Shown piece after piece: positions 24,133 to 37,267 of a stretch of DNA of 39,186 bases (position 1 is its first letter; every line of letters begins with the position of its first letter). Below the pieces are notes generated by a model. That model was not told where the DNA came from. It ran no database searches and saw only the letters and a program-made list of their open reading frames with translations. The DNA comes from Peribolospora baueri (Eukaryota): NCBI GenBank assembly GCA_029717555.1, contig JAMDHS010000132.1:1-39186 (forward strand), read 5' to 3'. Both the position numbers and the translations under genes were made by a program.

Positions 24133-27100
24133 ATGTCTCGCGAATCACGCGCTCCTCGCATCAAGAACCGCGCTCCGGCGCAGGTCCAGGTCACCGCGGA
24201 GCAACTCCTTCGCGAGGCCCAGGAAAGACAGGAGGTCCGTCGTCCCGCTCCCAAGCAGCGCATCGAGGATTTTGAGGAGCTCCAGGAGTACAGGTCGAGG
24301 AAGAGGCAGGAATTTGAGGAGCAGATCAGGAGAACGAGGCAGAATGTGAGTTGTTTTTCCTTCAGTGTCGTGTCTGCTTTCTCCCGCGAGCGAGTCGGTG
24401 CTGACTTGCTGTGGAACGTGTCGACGAATCGATTGCTTCGTAGATCTCGGCATGGATGAAGTATGCGACGTGGGAAGCGACTCAGGGCGAAATAGATAGG
24501 TGAATGGCCATTTCTTCATCTACGTCAGGCCCCCCTCGTCACAGCGACCACGATGCTCACTTATCATGCTTACATTGCTCGTTTATTTGAATCTCTCAGG
24601 TCTCGCTCCATATTTGAACGCGCCCTGGACGTGGACCCGCATCACGTAGCACTCTGGATACGGTACACGGAAATGGAGTTGAAAAACAGGAACGTGCAGC
24701 ACACGCGCAACCTGTTCGATCGATGCGTGACGATCCTCCCCCGGGTGGACCAGCTGTGGTACCAGTACGTGCACCTCGAGGAGCTGTTGGGCAACGTTGC
24801 GGGGGCGAGACAAGTGTTTGAGAGATGGATGGCGTGGGAGCCGGACGAGAAGGCCTGGCAGGCGTACATCAAGATGGAAATGAGGTATGACGAGTGGGAA
24901 AGGGCTGGTCAGGTCTGGGAGAGGTGCATCTCCGTTCATCCCGAACCGAGACTGTGGATTAAGTGGGCTAGATTTGAAGAGGAGGACCGAGGTGACCCAG
25001 GTGAGAGCCAATCCAACTGGTCCCCTTCCGGTGGAAATGGGCGTCCATGTGATCGCATGCTGACCTGACGCCAATGCCTCCGTTCCAATACCGACTTACA
25101 GACCGTGCCCGAGAGATCTTCCAAATGGCTCTCGACTATTTCGGGGACGAGGAGGATCAGGTGGAAAAGGCACAGAGCGTGTACACAAATTTTGCCAAGA
25201 TGGAGGTCAGATTGAAAGAGTACGATCGGGCCCGCGTCATCTACAAGGTGAATCAGTCTTTACTGTCCTTTGATTTTGTCTCCATGCTCAGATCAGGCGA
25301 ACCATTGGCTAATATTGTTCTGTTGCCTGTTTCTCACTTTGGCGTTCCGCGCAGTACGCTCTCTCCCGCCTGCCACGATCCAAGTCTTCAGGGATCTACT
25401 CCTCATATACTCGCTTCGAGAAACAGTTTGGAGACCGGTCAGGGATCGAGGACACGGTGCTTGGCAAACGTCGGATTCAATATGAGGAGGAGCTCGCGGC
25501 CTCACCGAACAACTACGACACATGGTTTGACTACACGCGCCTGGAGGAGGATGCGTACCGAACGGCGCGGGAGGGAGGAGACTTGGACGAAGAAGACACG
25601 AAGATGGATGGACTGGAGAAGAGCAAGGTTGGGAAGGGCGCCGAGAGGGTGAGGGAGATGTACGAGCGAGCGGTGGCGCAGGTGCCGCCTGGAGACGAGA
25701 AGAGACATTGGAGGAGATATATTTTCTTGTGGCTCAATTATGCGTTGTTCGAGGAGATGGAGACAAAGGTGAGAAATATACCTCCGATCCGAGCCCTTTT
25801 TCCGACGTCGCGTAGGACTAATGCCCACTCATTATTACGTCTCATCTCCACATCACCTTCAGGACTTCTCTCGGGCCCGCGAGATCTATAAAGCGGCAAT
25901 TGCGCTAGTTCCCCACAAGAAGTTCACCTTTGCCAAGCTCTGGTTGCAGTACGCGCGCTTCGAGATCCGTCGACTCAATCTGGACCAGGCACGCAAAATC
26001 CTCGGCGCCGGCATTGGCATGGCGCCTAAGGAGCGATTATTCCGTGGATACATCGACCTAGAGATTGAGTTGAGGGAGTTCGATCGGGCGCGGAAGTTGT
26101 ACGAGCGGTGTTTGGAGGTGAGCCTTTAGTTTCGGCAGCCTAATCCCTTTCCTTTCGTCATTGCAAAAACTCACGCTTCTCTCGCAAATTTAACTGACCC
26201 AACCAGTGGGATCCATCCAACTGCCGCTCTTGGATCAAGTATACCGAGCTCGAACGACCACTGGATACGGACCGCGCCCGAGCCATCTTCGAGCTGGCAG
26301 TGGCCCAGCCGTCGCTGGACATGCCAGAAGTGCTTTGGAAGGCGTACATCGATTTCGAGTTCGACGAAGCAGATTACGACTGCGTCCGGGAACTCTATGA
26401 GCGTTTGCTGGAGCGCACGAGCCACGTGAAGGTGTGGATCGCGTACGCGCTCGGCGAGATGAACATTGCTATTGCGCAAGAGGAGGCGGAGGACGAGGAG
26501 GATGAGGACGAGGAGAGTGAAGAGGAGGTGGAGAGGTCACCGCGAGAATTGACGGAAGAGGAGATGGAGATGCGGAGGTTGCGCAGACTCGAGGCTGCTG
26601 AACGGGCGAGGAAGGTGTTTGAGCGAGGGTACAAGGACTTGAAAGATCAGGGTTTGAAGGAGGAGGTGAGTCGAGTTCTCATCCGATTCACTCTTTGCTT
26701 GAATGGCCTCTCTTTCTCTCTCTCTTTTTCTCGGCGCATCAATATTGAAGACCTTCTCCCGCCGGACATTTTCACTTCGTCCCACGCCCCCAGCGAGTCG
26801 TCCTCCTGGAAGCTTGGAAGACGTTCGAAGGCACGCACGGTACACCGGAGACGGTGGAAAAGGTGGAAGAACGCATGCCACGGGTGGTCAAAAAGCGCAA
26901 GACTCTCGAGGACGGTACGCTGGAAGAGGCGTGGGAACTCGTGTTCAAGGACGAGGAGAAGGAGAAGGCCACTTGGTCCCTCCTCGAGGCGGCGCGCAAT
27001 TGGAAGGCAAAGCAGGAGCAGATGCAGGCGGCCGCCGCCGCCGCGGCCGCTTCAGTAAACGGAGAGGTGGACGAGGCGAAAGGGGAAGAAGAGGGGAAAG

Positions 27101-27177
27101 TCGACGCCGACGGGGATGCTGCGATGGAGGAGGAAGATGCGGACTCGCAAGGGCGGTCAGAGTCCCCGGAGGAATGA
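24133..27177 (+). CDS. CLF1: Pre-mRNA splicing factor CLF1/SYF3 (crooked neck, HAT repeats)
   Basis: [116 protein letters not shown]. About 8 exons. Confidence 0.95.
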
Positions 27178-27347
27178 GGATGGGATGGAATGATTTCATG
27201 CTCCCCTTCGTTCTCGCTCCAGCGCGTCGCAATGTTATTGTAGCATTTGAAGCAGCGGGAAGATCGTGGGTATGTATACTGGGGTACACAAGCAAAACAC
27301 ATCAGCCTGGATATTTGATAGGGCAGAGCGACCTCGCTCGCTTGTGC

Positions 27348-29459
27348 CTAGTTCCCGTTGTGCGACGCCGACTCGTGCGGGTGACCCTCGTGCGAATGAC
27401 TGTGCAAGAACCTTTCCAACCCTCCATCTCTGTCTTCCTGTCGCCCCTCTTCCCTCTTCGCGCCTTCCTCTCGTCCCTCAAGCTCCGCCGCCTTCGCGTC
27501 CAGAGCGGCGTGTGCGGGCTGCGCGCTGCTCGCAGCACCCTTGACGTCCCCGGCCGACTGCGCATCATGATCATGGTGATGCAAGAGCTCGTGCAGGAGG
27601 CCACCTCCGCCTTGCTCTTCCTTCTTCTCCACCTTGCCTTGACTTTCCTCTTCTTCCTGTTTTCCTGCCGGTTTCGCAAAAGAAAAAAAAAAAAGGTCGG
27701 GTTGAGAATGAGACGCGAAGACGTATCCGGTAACAAAGTTCCAAGGCTCAAGAACGGGAGCAAAGGAGGGAAGGATTGGGAATAAACTCGCTCACCTCCG
27801 GCGGTAGTAACCTGGCCTTCGCCTTCCAACTTCTTTTCCTCGCCGTCCACGGCATCCTTCATGAAGTGGAAAACTCCCTCCTTGGACTTGCCCTCCTTCG
27901 CCGCTACCGTGACCTTTACGTCTGGAGGACCCGTCGTTTCTGCGCTGACGTTGGCCTTGTCCTTAGCCTCGTTGGGGTGAAGGACGGCGTGAAGGACGCC
28001 GACGTGTTCGTGCTGCTCCTCCTTCGGGGCAGGAGAAGGCGACCTGGAATGGGGAGGGGACCTCTGGTGGTGCAAAACACCTGCGAGCTTACTAGCTTCG
28101 TCCTCGACATCGGCGACGAGACCTTGCTCGCGGCGCCCGGAGGAATGCGACCGACGAGAGCCGTGCGAACGCTTACTGGACGCGGAGCTCGACCTAGAGG
28201 AACGACTATGACGCTCGTGCTTGCTGCCAGAGTCTGGCGTCCTCGAGCTGGACCCCGAATAAGGACGGAGCAAGCCTTCGATCCCGCCTTGGTCCTTGCG
28301 CTTCGGCTCCTCCTTGACCTTGTGTTCGTTGGAGTGACCTCCTTCGATGCCGTTAAAGACGGACTTGAGCTTGTCTTCCGCCTTCTGGAGCCGTTGGCTG
28401 ACACGAGAGACATGGCTGTGATCGCTGCCGTCCGAGTCGTACTCGCTTTCCGCGTCGCTCAGTCCGACGCCGCGGTCCTTGGCGTGGAACCAGCTCCAAC
28501 GTTCGTGGCCGTGCTTCTCTTCTTTCCCGCTCGCGCTCGCTTCCTTCTTGCCCTTCCAAGTCCCCAGGACGACGCCGACGTTGCCGCGAACCTTGTGACC
28601 GTGCGCGTCGTGGTACGAGCGGGAATGGTGGAGCGTGGAGAAGTGATGTGAATGGCCCCCCTCCGCCGGCTGCTCCTCCTCGTCGTAGGCAGCGAACAGC
28701 GAGTTTCCGTGCGTCGGGAGTTCGATGTAGCCAGAGTCCGCGAAGACCGTTTGGGGCAACTGGGTGGCGAAGAAGAGGGTCAACGTGAGGAAGACGCTGG
28801 TGGGGAAAGGAGAGGGTAGGGGGGAAGGAAGCGTGAATGATGTGCATGTCTCGGAAGCCATGGTCAGTTAGATTAGATGAGCGAACCCTACGAATCTCAC
28901 CTCTCTGCCACAAGCACGTTCTGGGCCGTCCGCCATTCCTTGCTCCCTCGAGGGCCGTCTTGACCGTCCTCGACCCAGCCCCAAATGCAACCGGTGACAC
29001 CCAAACCGACCATGACGGCCTCCAGGGTGACGAAGACGAGGTGCGTGGGCCTCAGCGCCTCGAGGCGGCTGAGCCTGTTCAGGGGCCATGGAATGCGGAC
29101 GAGGCGGTCACGGATCTGGTCGCGGAGGAAGGCGTGCAGTGACAACGTCTCCGGGAGCCATGGTTGGAAGACGGAGAGGATGAAGAAGATGATGGAGGTA
29201 CCGAGAAGGTAGGAAGCGTGCGCCCGCAGAGAGGCCCGCGGCTGCTCGTCATGGTGGGCTCCCGCGCTGAGACCTGCCGGAGAAGGTCAGTGAGGATGGC
29301 CAACACCATCCACATTATCGTGCTCATCATCAGTCCGGCGCCCATTTCCTGCCCGTCTAGAGACAGCCGACGTCGCGCACTCGCCCGCTCACCGAGTAGG
29401 AGGCCAGCTAAGGCAAGCTGGATCTGGCCGAGGAGGTAGAGCAACTTTGTGGGCTGCAT
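27348..29459 (-). CDS. Hypothetical protein: four N-terminal TM helices (MARVEL-like topology) plus a long His/Glu/Lys-rich tail
   Basis: Four phase-consistent exons: 29459-29393, about 29273-28901, about 28796-27796, 27664-27348. Donors GTGAG, acceptors CAG. TMs LLYLLGQIQLALAGLLLGL, YLLGTSIIFFILSVF, LVFVTLEAVMVGLGVTGCIWGW, VLVAESVFLTLTLFFA. Confidence 0.75.
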
Positions 29460-29953
29460 CGCCTTGCCTTGCCGGCTTGCTCGATGAACGAGCAAGGATC
29501 AATGGGAAATCTGGTGCAAGAAAGAGGTGTAAGGATACGCTCTCCGTTCCACGTTCGCAGCCACTCGCCCCGGACGTCCGATGACGCCGAGTGGGTGTGA
29601 TGGGACGTCGAGGCGAGCTAGAATTGAATCCATTGCGCCCACGGCCGATTGTCGTGAAAAGAGGCGTTCTCGGTAAAGTATCTTTCTTTATCGCAACCCA
29701 GGCTGCTCGAGACCGGCGTTTGCTCGGGTCGCAAGCTCGATAAGTGGCTGTTTGGTTGTTCATATGGTGCACAATGGGTGGCCTGTAGCTCCCGTCCCTC
29801 TCTTCCACCTGCTTGCTACCTGCCCTTGAGTACTCTAGATACGACTGTCGGCACACTGACGTAGGCCGGCGAGCGAGGCTTCTTTCGTGCTCTCTGACAA
29901 AAGACGAAGGGCGCACGTACGTCCGACCGACAACAAAGCTTATCTATTTGCCG

Positions 29954-31539
29954 CTAGGTATGCAACGAGTGGGTGAAACGGTCGAAATAGGTCGCTGGCA
30001 CGACAGCGACGACCGCTCGCCTTTCGCATGGAATGGATCCTAGGCGTCCCGGCGTCCCTGGAGGCGGAGACGACGTGCCATCTCCGGCTGATGGTACACC
30101 AGAGTCGACGACTCCTACCGATGGTCTGTCTTCCTTCGCCTCCTCCCACTCACCCCATCCATAGCCCTCCTCCCCTTCTCGTCCATCCCATGCATTGGCC
30201 CGCCCTCCGCCGCCCAACTTCAGTCCGACCCAAAAAACGAACGCAAACGTCGCGGTCGTTTGCAAGACCCTAACCACCCACCCAGACCCGTGGAACTCTC
30301 GATCGGGCGCAACGCCAGGATCGACGGCTGAACTTCTCGCGCCCGTATCCGTACCTCTCGAGGAAGAGGCACCGCCGGCTTCCTCGGCCTTCCGAGCAGT
30401 TCTACGGGCTTCCCTCGCGGCGAAGCGAGACACATAGTCCGTCGCCCCCCCGCCTCCTGACGCCCCTCCTCCCATCGCTTCTGCCGTCCGATGGTATGTG
30501 GGCCCTCGGCCCGTCCTCGCACCGCCGCCGCTCGTGTCCCGTTGTGGAGAGTAACGGCGGTGGTGATCCCATGCGTACGACGCTCGAGCGCGGCGCTGTG
30601 CGTTTGAGGAGTAGGAGGAGTGGTACGAGCCACCGGAGGATGTGCCGTACGGGGAGCTGCCATAACCTGAGGCGGGCGAATGGCCGAATGAGGCGTCATA
30701 TTCTTGTCTGTAGAACGAACGTGAGAGAGCGTCGACGGAGAAAAGACGGGCATGGTGAAAGCGACGAAAGAAAAAAAGAAGGAAATGGAAACACCCTGTC
30801 ATCGTCCGCTCACGAGCTGCAAGGCTGTCCAACGCTGAACTCACCTCTTCTTCGGATCTCCCAGGATGCCCCATGCTTCGCTCACTTCCTGAAATCTTTT
30901 CGTCGCGTTCTCATCGTTCCGATTCAAGTCCGGGTGATACTTTTTTGAAAGCTGAGCGGACCGACCAATTGGCATGAAATAGACAGAGTCGGTCAGTTGA
31001 ATAATGAGAGGATGAAGGAGACGCAGAAGCACAAGGCAGAGAGTGAGCGTCAGATCGTGCCAACCGTTGGCACACAGACGAGCGAGGACGTCCGTCCTGG
31101 CACCACCAAGTTGTGACCTCCGCCACAACGGCGTCAGAAGCAGGAGTACCTGGGCACGCCCTTCCGCACGCCCAGCGTCCCGACAATCTCCCTGATACAT
31201 CAAGCTCACCTTGTAAAACTGCGCCTTGATCTGTGCGGCACTGGCGCTCTTCGGCACGGATAGCACGTCGTAATAGTTCTTGGCGCGCGCCGCTGCGCTT
31301 GTATGAAAGGGTCGACGAACGGCGTGTGCTGTGTGCGAGGTGCGATGGTTGAGGTGCGATGGCGACCCGTGCAGCGCTGGGAAGAAGGCCGAAGCGTAAG
31401 CGTCTGGAGCCGGCGACGAGGAGGGGAAGGGTCGTCCGCTGACCGCGATGCTAGCCCTGGCAGCTGCTGCCGCGGCGAGGGAGGGTGGCGAGAGAAGGGG
31501 GTTCAGTCGGGATGGCATCACGGACGGACCTGGCCGCAT
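29954..31539 (-). CDS. DnaJ (J-domain) protein, probably mitochondrial, with C-terminal TM segment
   Basis: Presequence-like leader ending RRPFHTSAAARA. J domain KNYYDVLSVPKSASAAQIKAQFYK|LSKKYHPDLN...RFQEVSEAWGILGDPKK|RQEYD. Hydrophobic VLQTTATFAFVFWVGL. Start is 31539 or 31518. Confidence 0.85.
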
Positions 31540-32002
31540 TATATGCGACCGTACACCTTCTAACGATGAAGCCGGGGTGTCCGTGTGGCGAGAGCCCGTG
31601 CCTGGTGGTGGTGGTGGTGGTCGGAGTGGTGATCGGACCTGAAACACCTTTCTTCGATCACATCGCATCCACCTCCTCGTCACCGCCATCGATCTCGAAC
31701 CTAATGAGAGATCCATACGAATGACATTCGCAAATGCGCGCAAAAAAAAAAACCCCACCACCACGGACAGGTATCCTACGCTACAGCCATGGAACATCGG
31801 CACTTTCCGACCGCAGAAGAAAAAGAAAGAAAGGGCAAGATAAAGGATAGGAGAGAGAGTCCGTCGTCCAAAGCGTCTGACGGGTAACGGCGCTACACAC
31901 TCTAGAGAGTATGATAGAGGTACGTGGCGAGAGCCGTCAGAAGGGAAGAGCAATCAAAGCTAACTAGATCCAAACGTATGGAAGGTGCCTGGGGTAGAGG
32001 CG

Positions 32003-35000
32003 TCAAGGGGAGGAAGAGAGCATCGTTTGACTGCGCGGATCGCTTCGGCCGCGGCTAAACGGCGACGGGCTCCTGGGTCGAAGTTCAGGAACCATCCGAC
32101 GAAGGGAAACGAGGATGCCGTCTACGAGGCTGGACCGGCCGTCTCCCGATGCTTTCGATTCTGCTCCACTGAGGCTACGGGAAACAGTGGGATCGTCTTG
32201 GCCCTGGCCGGCAGTCATCCACATCATCGTGTCTTCCTCCTTCGATCGGCCGGGGTCAGCCATATCCGCCGAATGCACATCACCCGACAGCAACTTGCGT
32301 TCGACGCTCTCACTGAGCTTCGCAAAGTCCTCCAAAGCTTCGACGAGCATCCGCAGCTTCTCTGTGTCGCGCTGGCCCTCACGCTCGGAGCTAGCGGCAC
32401 GGGACGGGGTCGGAGAAGACGGTTTTGATTGCTGGCTCTGAAGGGTGGGATTTGGGAGACCGTCTACGACCATGGGAAGATTGGCCGGACAGTCTTGCAC
32501 AGCTAGACCTAGCATGATGGCCGTGCAACCTGCTAGGAAGTTGGCGTCAGCCTGGAACAGCGTGAGAGCGATACAAAAGGTGTAAATCCACGGCAGGGAC
32601 ATGTAAGTTCACACGCCTATCAAGATCTCAACGAAGACCGCATAGGGACTGAACGACGAGCTCACCTCGTCCGCAGCCCTCTCCTGCTGCTCCGCGAAGA
32701 AGCCGGAAAGACAAGTGATGGAGTTCACCCGACCGGTGCACCGACATTCTCGGACGCATGCGCGGAAACGACACGTCGGGTCCAACTCTGGTCATCACAC
32801 CGGAACCCCAAAAGAGCACGCCGATGAGCTTGATGATAACGGCAGCAACGGAGAAGACAGGCAGGAAAGGGAAGGCACGAGAAGCCATTGCATGTGCAGA
32901 CTCACCGGTCCTCCGCAGCGAGTCCTTAGTCTCTTCGACGCTCTCCAACAAGTTTGTCAGAAGGCCGAGAGACAAACACAGGGCATCGTATCGCAGTTCC
33001 TCCAGAGCTCGCTCCGACCTTTCCTCTTCGTTGTCATCTCCAGCCCCCTTCCGGGTACCTTCCTTTTCACCGGACGCCCCCAGGTCGTCACCATCCCCTG
33101 CGACGAGACGGCAACTACCGGTGCCTTTGCAGGAAAGAATGAGACGAACAAGATTGAGCATCGTCGTTCGCTCGTCGACCAGAGCTCGGCACCAGTCCAA
33201 GGTAGTTTGAGTCATATTGACGAGAACCTTGAGCGTGCCAACGATGAGATCCATGCCTTTTTGAAAGGGTTGGAATGGACAAGCGGACCATGTAGATAGA
33301 CAACAAGTTTATGAACACTGAGAGTCACACACGGACAGCAAGCAGACGCTTTCCGAAGAAGATCGAATCGAATACGCACCCTTAACAACGGCTTTTTCTG
33401 CCTCACCTTCCGCCAAAACAGCTCCAATTAAGACCAAGCCGGTCAGGTCGGTGATGAACGATGACTCGACGTCAACAGCTGTTTCGAGTGGACTCGTTTC
33501 GACGCCAGCGATGGACGAGGGAAAGCTGCAGAGTTCCAAGAGACGCAGGCAGAGATCGATGTGGTCCAGATTGACGCTCGAGTCGGACGGAATGAGGTCC
33601 TGTTAACGTGGAGAATCATGTAGGGGACACGAGGTAAGTACACTGCCTGCCGAGGAACGAGGTAAAGAGGAGAGAAAGTAACACTCACGAGGCCTTTTTC
33701 ATAGCTATCCACACGCCCACCAACCACTCGCAGCTCCTTACCCAAGCTAGAAACGGCACTCTTCAACGGGCTCCCACCGGTCTCGTCCCGTCCACCAGCC
33801 GTGCACAAGAGTGTCAACGGCTCGAGGCCACCACGAGGCCGGAACGCGGCGATCTTGCATAAGACGGTGACGACCACGTTGGCGAGGGAGACGGTTGAGA
33901 CATGCTCCGGAAGAACGGAGGAGTTTTGAATGAGAGCTACTAAGCTGGCGACCTGCGTAAAGCACATCAGAAGCTTTGGGGTCAGAGCCGGAATGGCAGC
34001 CCACAGTTGGGACGAATTCGAATGAGCAGCGAAAGACATACCTGATTCTTCTCCAACTTGCTCAATCCCCTTCCACCCTTACTGAACGATGCAAGGAGGT
34101 AGTCCAGAACCACCTCGTTCGAGTCTGCCTCTCCGTCCACTCGCTGCCGGAGCAGGACGGCCAAGGTGGACACGACGTCCTCGCCGGCCTCGCGAAGCAG
34201 GGACTCAGCGTTGCTCTGCCGCGCACAAAGCAAGCCTAGGAAGATGGCTAAACAGGAATCGAGAACCTGCTCATACGTCAAGGGGTGGGTGAACAGACAG
34301 ACAAGCCGAGACAAATGCAAATATTGAGTCTACATATTGTGATCTGACCCGCAGGGAGCAGAAGAGTAAAACATGGACTCACTCCGTCTTTTTCAGCCAA
34401 CCTAGCCCGGTTTAGGCGGTCATACACCTTTCCGACGCTATCAAACGCCCTTAATCGGCGTATAAAGTCAGGATTGGAAACCTTGCGGACTATCTCGATC
34501 GCGCTGGGATGGAGACCGAAGGGGGCGGAATGCAAACAACAGTGCATACTTGGCATTCTTGACCCACAAACACACGAATCCAAACCTGCAAACAAAAAAC
34601 GGAGGAATTTTTGCACGAGCTCACCTCGTCCTCCGCACACTAGCAGCCTGCCCAACGCGAAGCCCGTCAAGGAGGTACTCCAAGTCGTCGTTGAACCGCC
34701 TGTTCTCGCCGGCCAAGCGAAGCTCGGAGATGGTCTTGAGCTCCGACGGGAGCTAAGGGTGACGGAGGCGACCGGGACAGAGAGGATTGGAAAAAAAACG
34801 GGACAGTGATTATTGGTTAACATAGCCTTGGTCACCTAGGGAGCGCCCATCCAGACATCGTACAGCAGAACGCCGCTGAATATATGCAAGGAAAACAGGA
34901 ACTCACCAGGCCCTGCCCGTCTTCATCATCACTATCATCCAGCCCGTACTTCCTCCTCAAATCCGCATAGCTCTCCCTCACCTTCATTTTCGACCATGCA

Positions 35001-36892
35001 GGCATCTGACTCGATCCTGTCATCTTTCCGCTCCCCACGCTGCCACGGTCTATGCCCAGAGCGTCCACTTCGGCGGAATCGGCTAGTCGAGATGGTAGAG
35101 AAGGTAAACCGCGCGGAGGGGAAGGGACAGAGAAAGGTAAAGAAAAGCGACCATCGTCTAGATCGCCATCTCGGCCGCCGCCGCCGTCGCCACTCATGGC
35201 GAACCTTCCAGCAGCGGAGGGCAATGAGGAAGACGCCGCGCCGGCTAAGGCTAAATCTGCGTCCATCTCCATGAGAAAGCTCCTGCTCTTTCCGTACGTC
35301 CTCTTCAGCCCTGCACCCCCACCGCCCCTCCCAAGCGCTGTGGAAGGGCCATCCTGAGCGCTAGAGACAGCACGGGATAGCGCGGCTGCTTCTGGACCTG
35401 CTCCGGAATGGGGGGAGGGAAACCCGCGCTTCGTGGGAGACGGGCTCGCCGTGACGTCCATGGGTGTGGTCGGACGGAAAACTCGAGAAGCCACTCGTGG
35501 TGGGGTACGCAAGATAGAAGATGAGCCGACGACATCTACGTCTCCATCAATGGCGACTGCAGGCAGGGAAGTGGTGCGGGAGTGGTTGGTGTTGGAGCGA
35601 GGGATGGCGAAGGATGATGACAATGACATTGAAGGGCGGGAGATGAGCGAGGAGGAACCAGAGGCGGAAGCCGAGTTCGAGTGCAATGTAAACGGGCCAG
35701 CTTCTTGCCCTGATGGACGCATGAGATCAACCAATCGCCTCCTCTTCGGCGGTCCCTGCCCACCCGCATGCTTCTCAGTTTGACGATCATCGAGCAATTC
35801 AAACAAGCTCGCTAGGTCTTTGGCGCGCTTTGATGGAGTGCTGGGCGAGGCGACTGAGGTGCTCTGCTCCGAAACAGAGTTATTTCTTCGGTGAGCGGGC
35901 TCGGAAGAGGGAGCATGGCGTCCTCGAGGTTGGGCTGGCGGCGTTGGAGACAGAGACTGCCGTGGTGGGGTAGAAGGAGGGTCGTTAGGAGCGGATGAGG
36001 ATACCTGCTTCGAAGGGGCACTACGCGAGACTGAGCGCTGTGGTCGACTTGGCTGCTGGCGCTGGTTCGTGCGTGCATTTGGAGTGGGGCTTGATGGGAC
36101 CGGTGCGGGTGTGTTGGACCTTTGCGAACGAGCGGTTCTAGTCGTTCGCTGTACTGCAGATGGAGATTCCGGCTTCCTCTTCTTGCTCCGAGGCGGGCTT
36201 TGATCACGAACGTTTGCTTCATGTCGCCAGAGCGGAGACTCGGTCTTGGAAGGTGCCGTCGTTAGAGTCGACATCTTCGAGCCGATATCGTCGGAAAAAT
36301 GGCTTGAAGGCATGTCTTGTAGAGGTACAACTCTTGAAGACGGTTGAAGCTGACGATGCGTAACTTGCGATTCTGAGTCGGAGGGTTTGGAACGAGGTCG
36401 GAACGACGCATCCAATTGGGCAGGAGCAGTTGCTCGAATGGTGGCATTGACGCGTCGAGCTCGCACCGAAGATCTTCTTGATCGGGTGCTCTCGACCGTC
36501 TCCACCACCTCGTCCCCCGCCGCCTCGTTCATCTCCGGCCCGACAGCCCCCTCAACTCTCTCACCCGTACCCTGCAGCCTTTCCCGGGTCGTTTGCCCCT
36601 CCTTGAAAGTGCTGGCGCCCCGACGTGAATGCTTCACAGGCGAACCCTGCCGGTCGACCCCTACCTCCACGGATACATCCGTCTGTAGTTGCCGAGAAGG
36701 CGGTAACAAAGCAGCCTCCACCTCTTCGTCAGAATCGAGCAATGGACCGTCCACGCTTTCTTTGGGCGGCGAGCTGATCGATGCGCTGGAAGCTCTGCCC
36801 AAGCGACGAGCTTTGGCCCTCTTGCCGTAAGTGACCGCCGCTCGGCCTCCTCCGTTGGACCTCCTCTTCTCCTTTCCCGCCCAGTCCATCAT
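32003..36892 (-). CDS. WPL1: Cohesin release factor WAPL (Wpl1/Rad61)
   Basis: Long disordered N-terminus with TYGK motifs and RESYADLRRKYG. WAPL domain start LSSRRSSRP-frame-shifted exon reading SSKTISELRLAGENRRFNDDLEYLLDGL, then SAIEIVRKVSNPDFIRR, helical repeats, LKVLVNMT, LCLSLGLLTNL, FLAGCTAIMLGL. Many introns, internal boundaries approximate. Confidence 0.82.
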
Positions 36893-37160
36893 ACATTCGC
36901 GCTAAGCGGCGTGAACTGGAGACGATGAACAGGCGAAGGTCGAGCCAAACGAAGATTGAAGGAGCAACGAGAGAGTGCGCTGCTTGGGTCGTTTGCGTCG
37001 AGTGTCTGTTTGGCGCGGTTCAATGCTGTTCCTCACATTGAGCACGGACATCGGAGAGCTGCGGCAGAGGTCACGTGGACGCCGAGCGTGGATGGACGCG
37101 CGCCGCGAGAAAGATGAGAGTGAGCGTGTAAGAAGGCGAGTCGAGACGATCACGGCAGCG

Positions 37161-37193
37161 CGACGACGACGACGACGACGACGACGACAACGA
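37161..37193. repeat. (CGA)n trinucleotide microsatellite in the WAPL/BIR1 divergent intergenic region
   Basis: cgacgacgacgacgacgacgacgacgacaacga. Confidence 0.9.
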
Positions 37194-37267
37194 CTTGCTC
37201 AGCCCTGGGTCATTGCCTACAACATCTACCTGCTTTGCACGCGTAGGGATTCCACCGCCCGCCCACC

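Noticed and set aside
27302..27795. C-terminal part of the 519-aa ORF (FFFFLLRNRQENRKKRK...) as real protein
   Set aside because: Read-through of intron 27795-27665 (GTGAGC..poly-T..CAG); the spliced frame ends at 27348.
29274..29392. Possible intronic C/D snoRNA (ATGATGA ... CTGA on the minus strand)
   Set aside because: Boxes are only about 40 nt apart, the CTGA is the branch point, and no terminal stem is evident.
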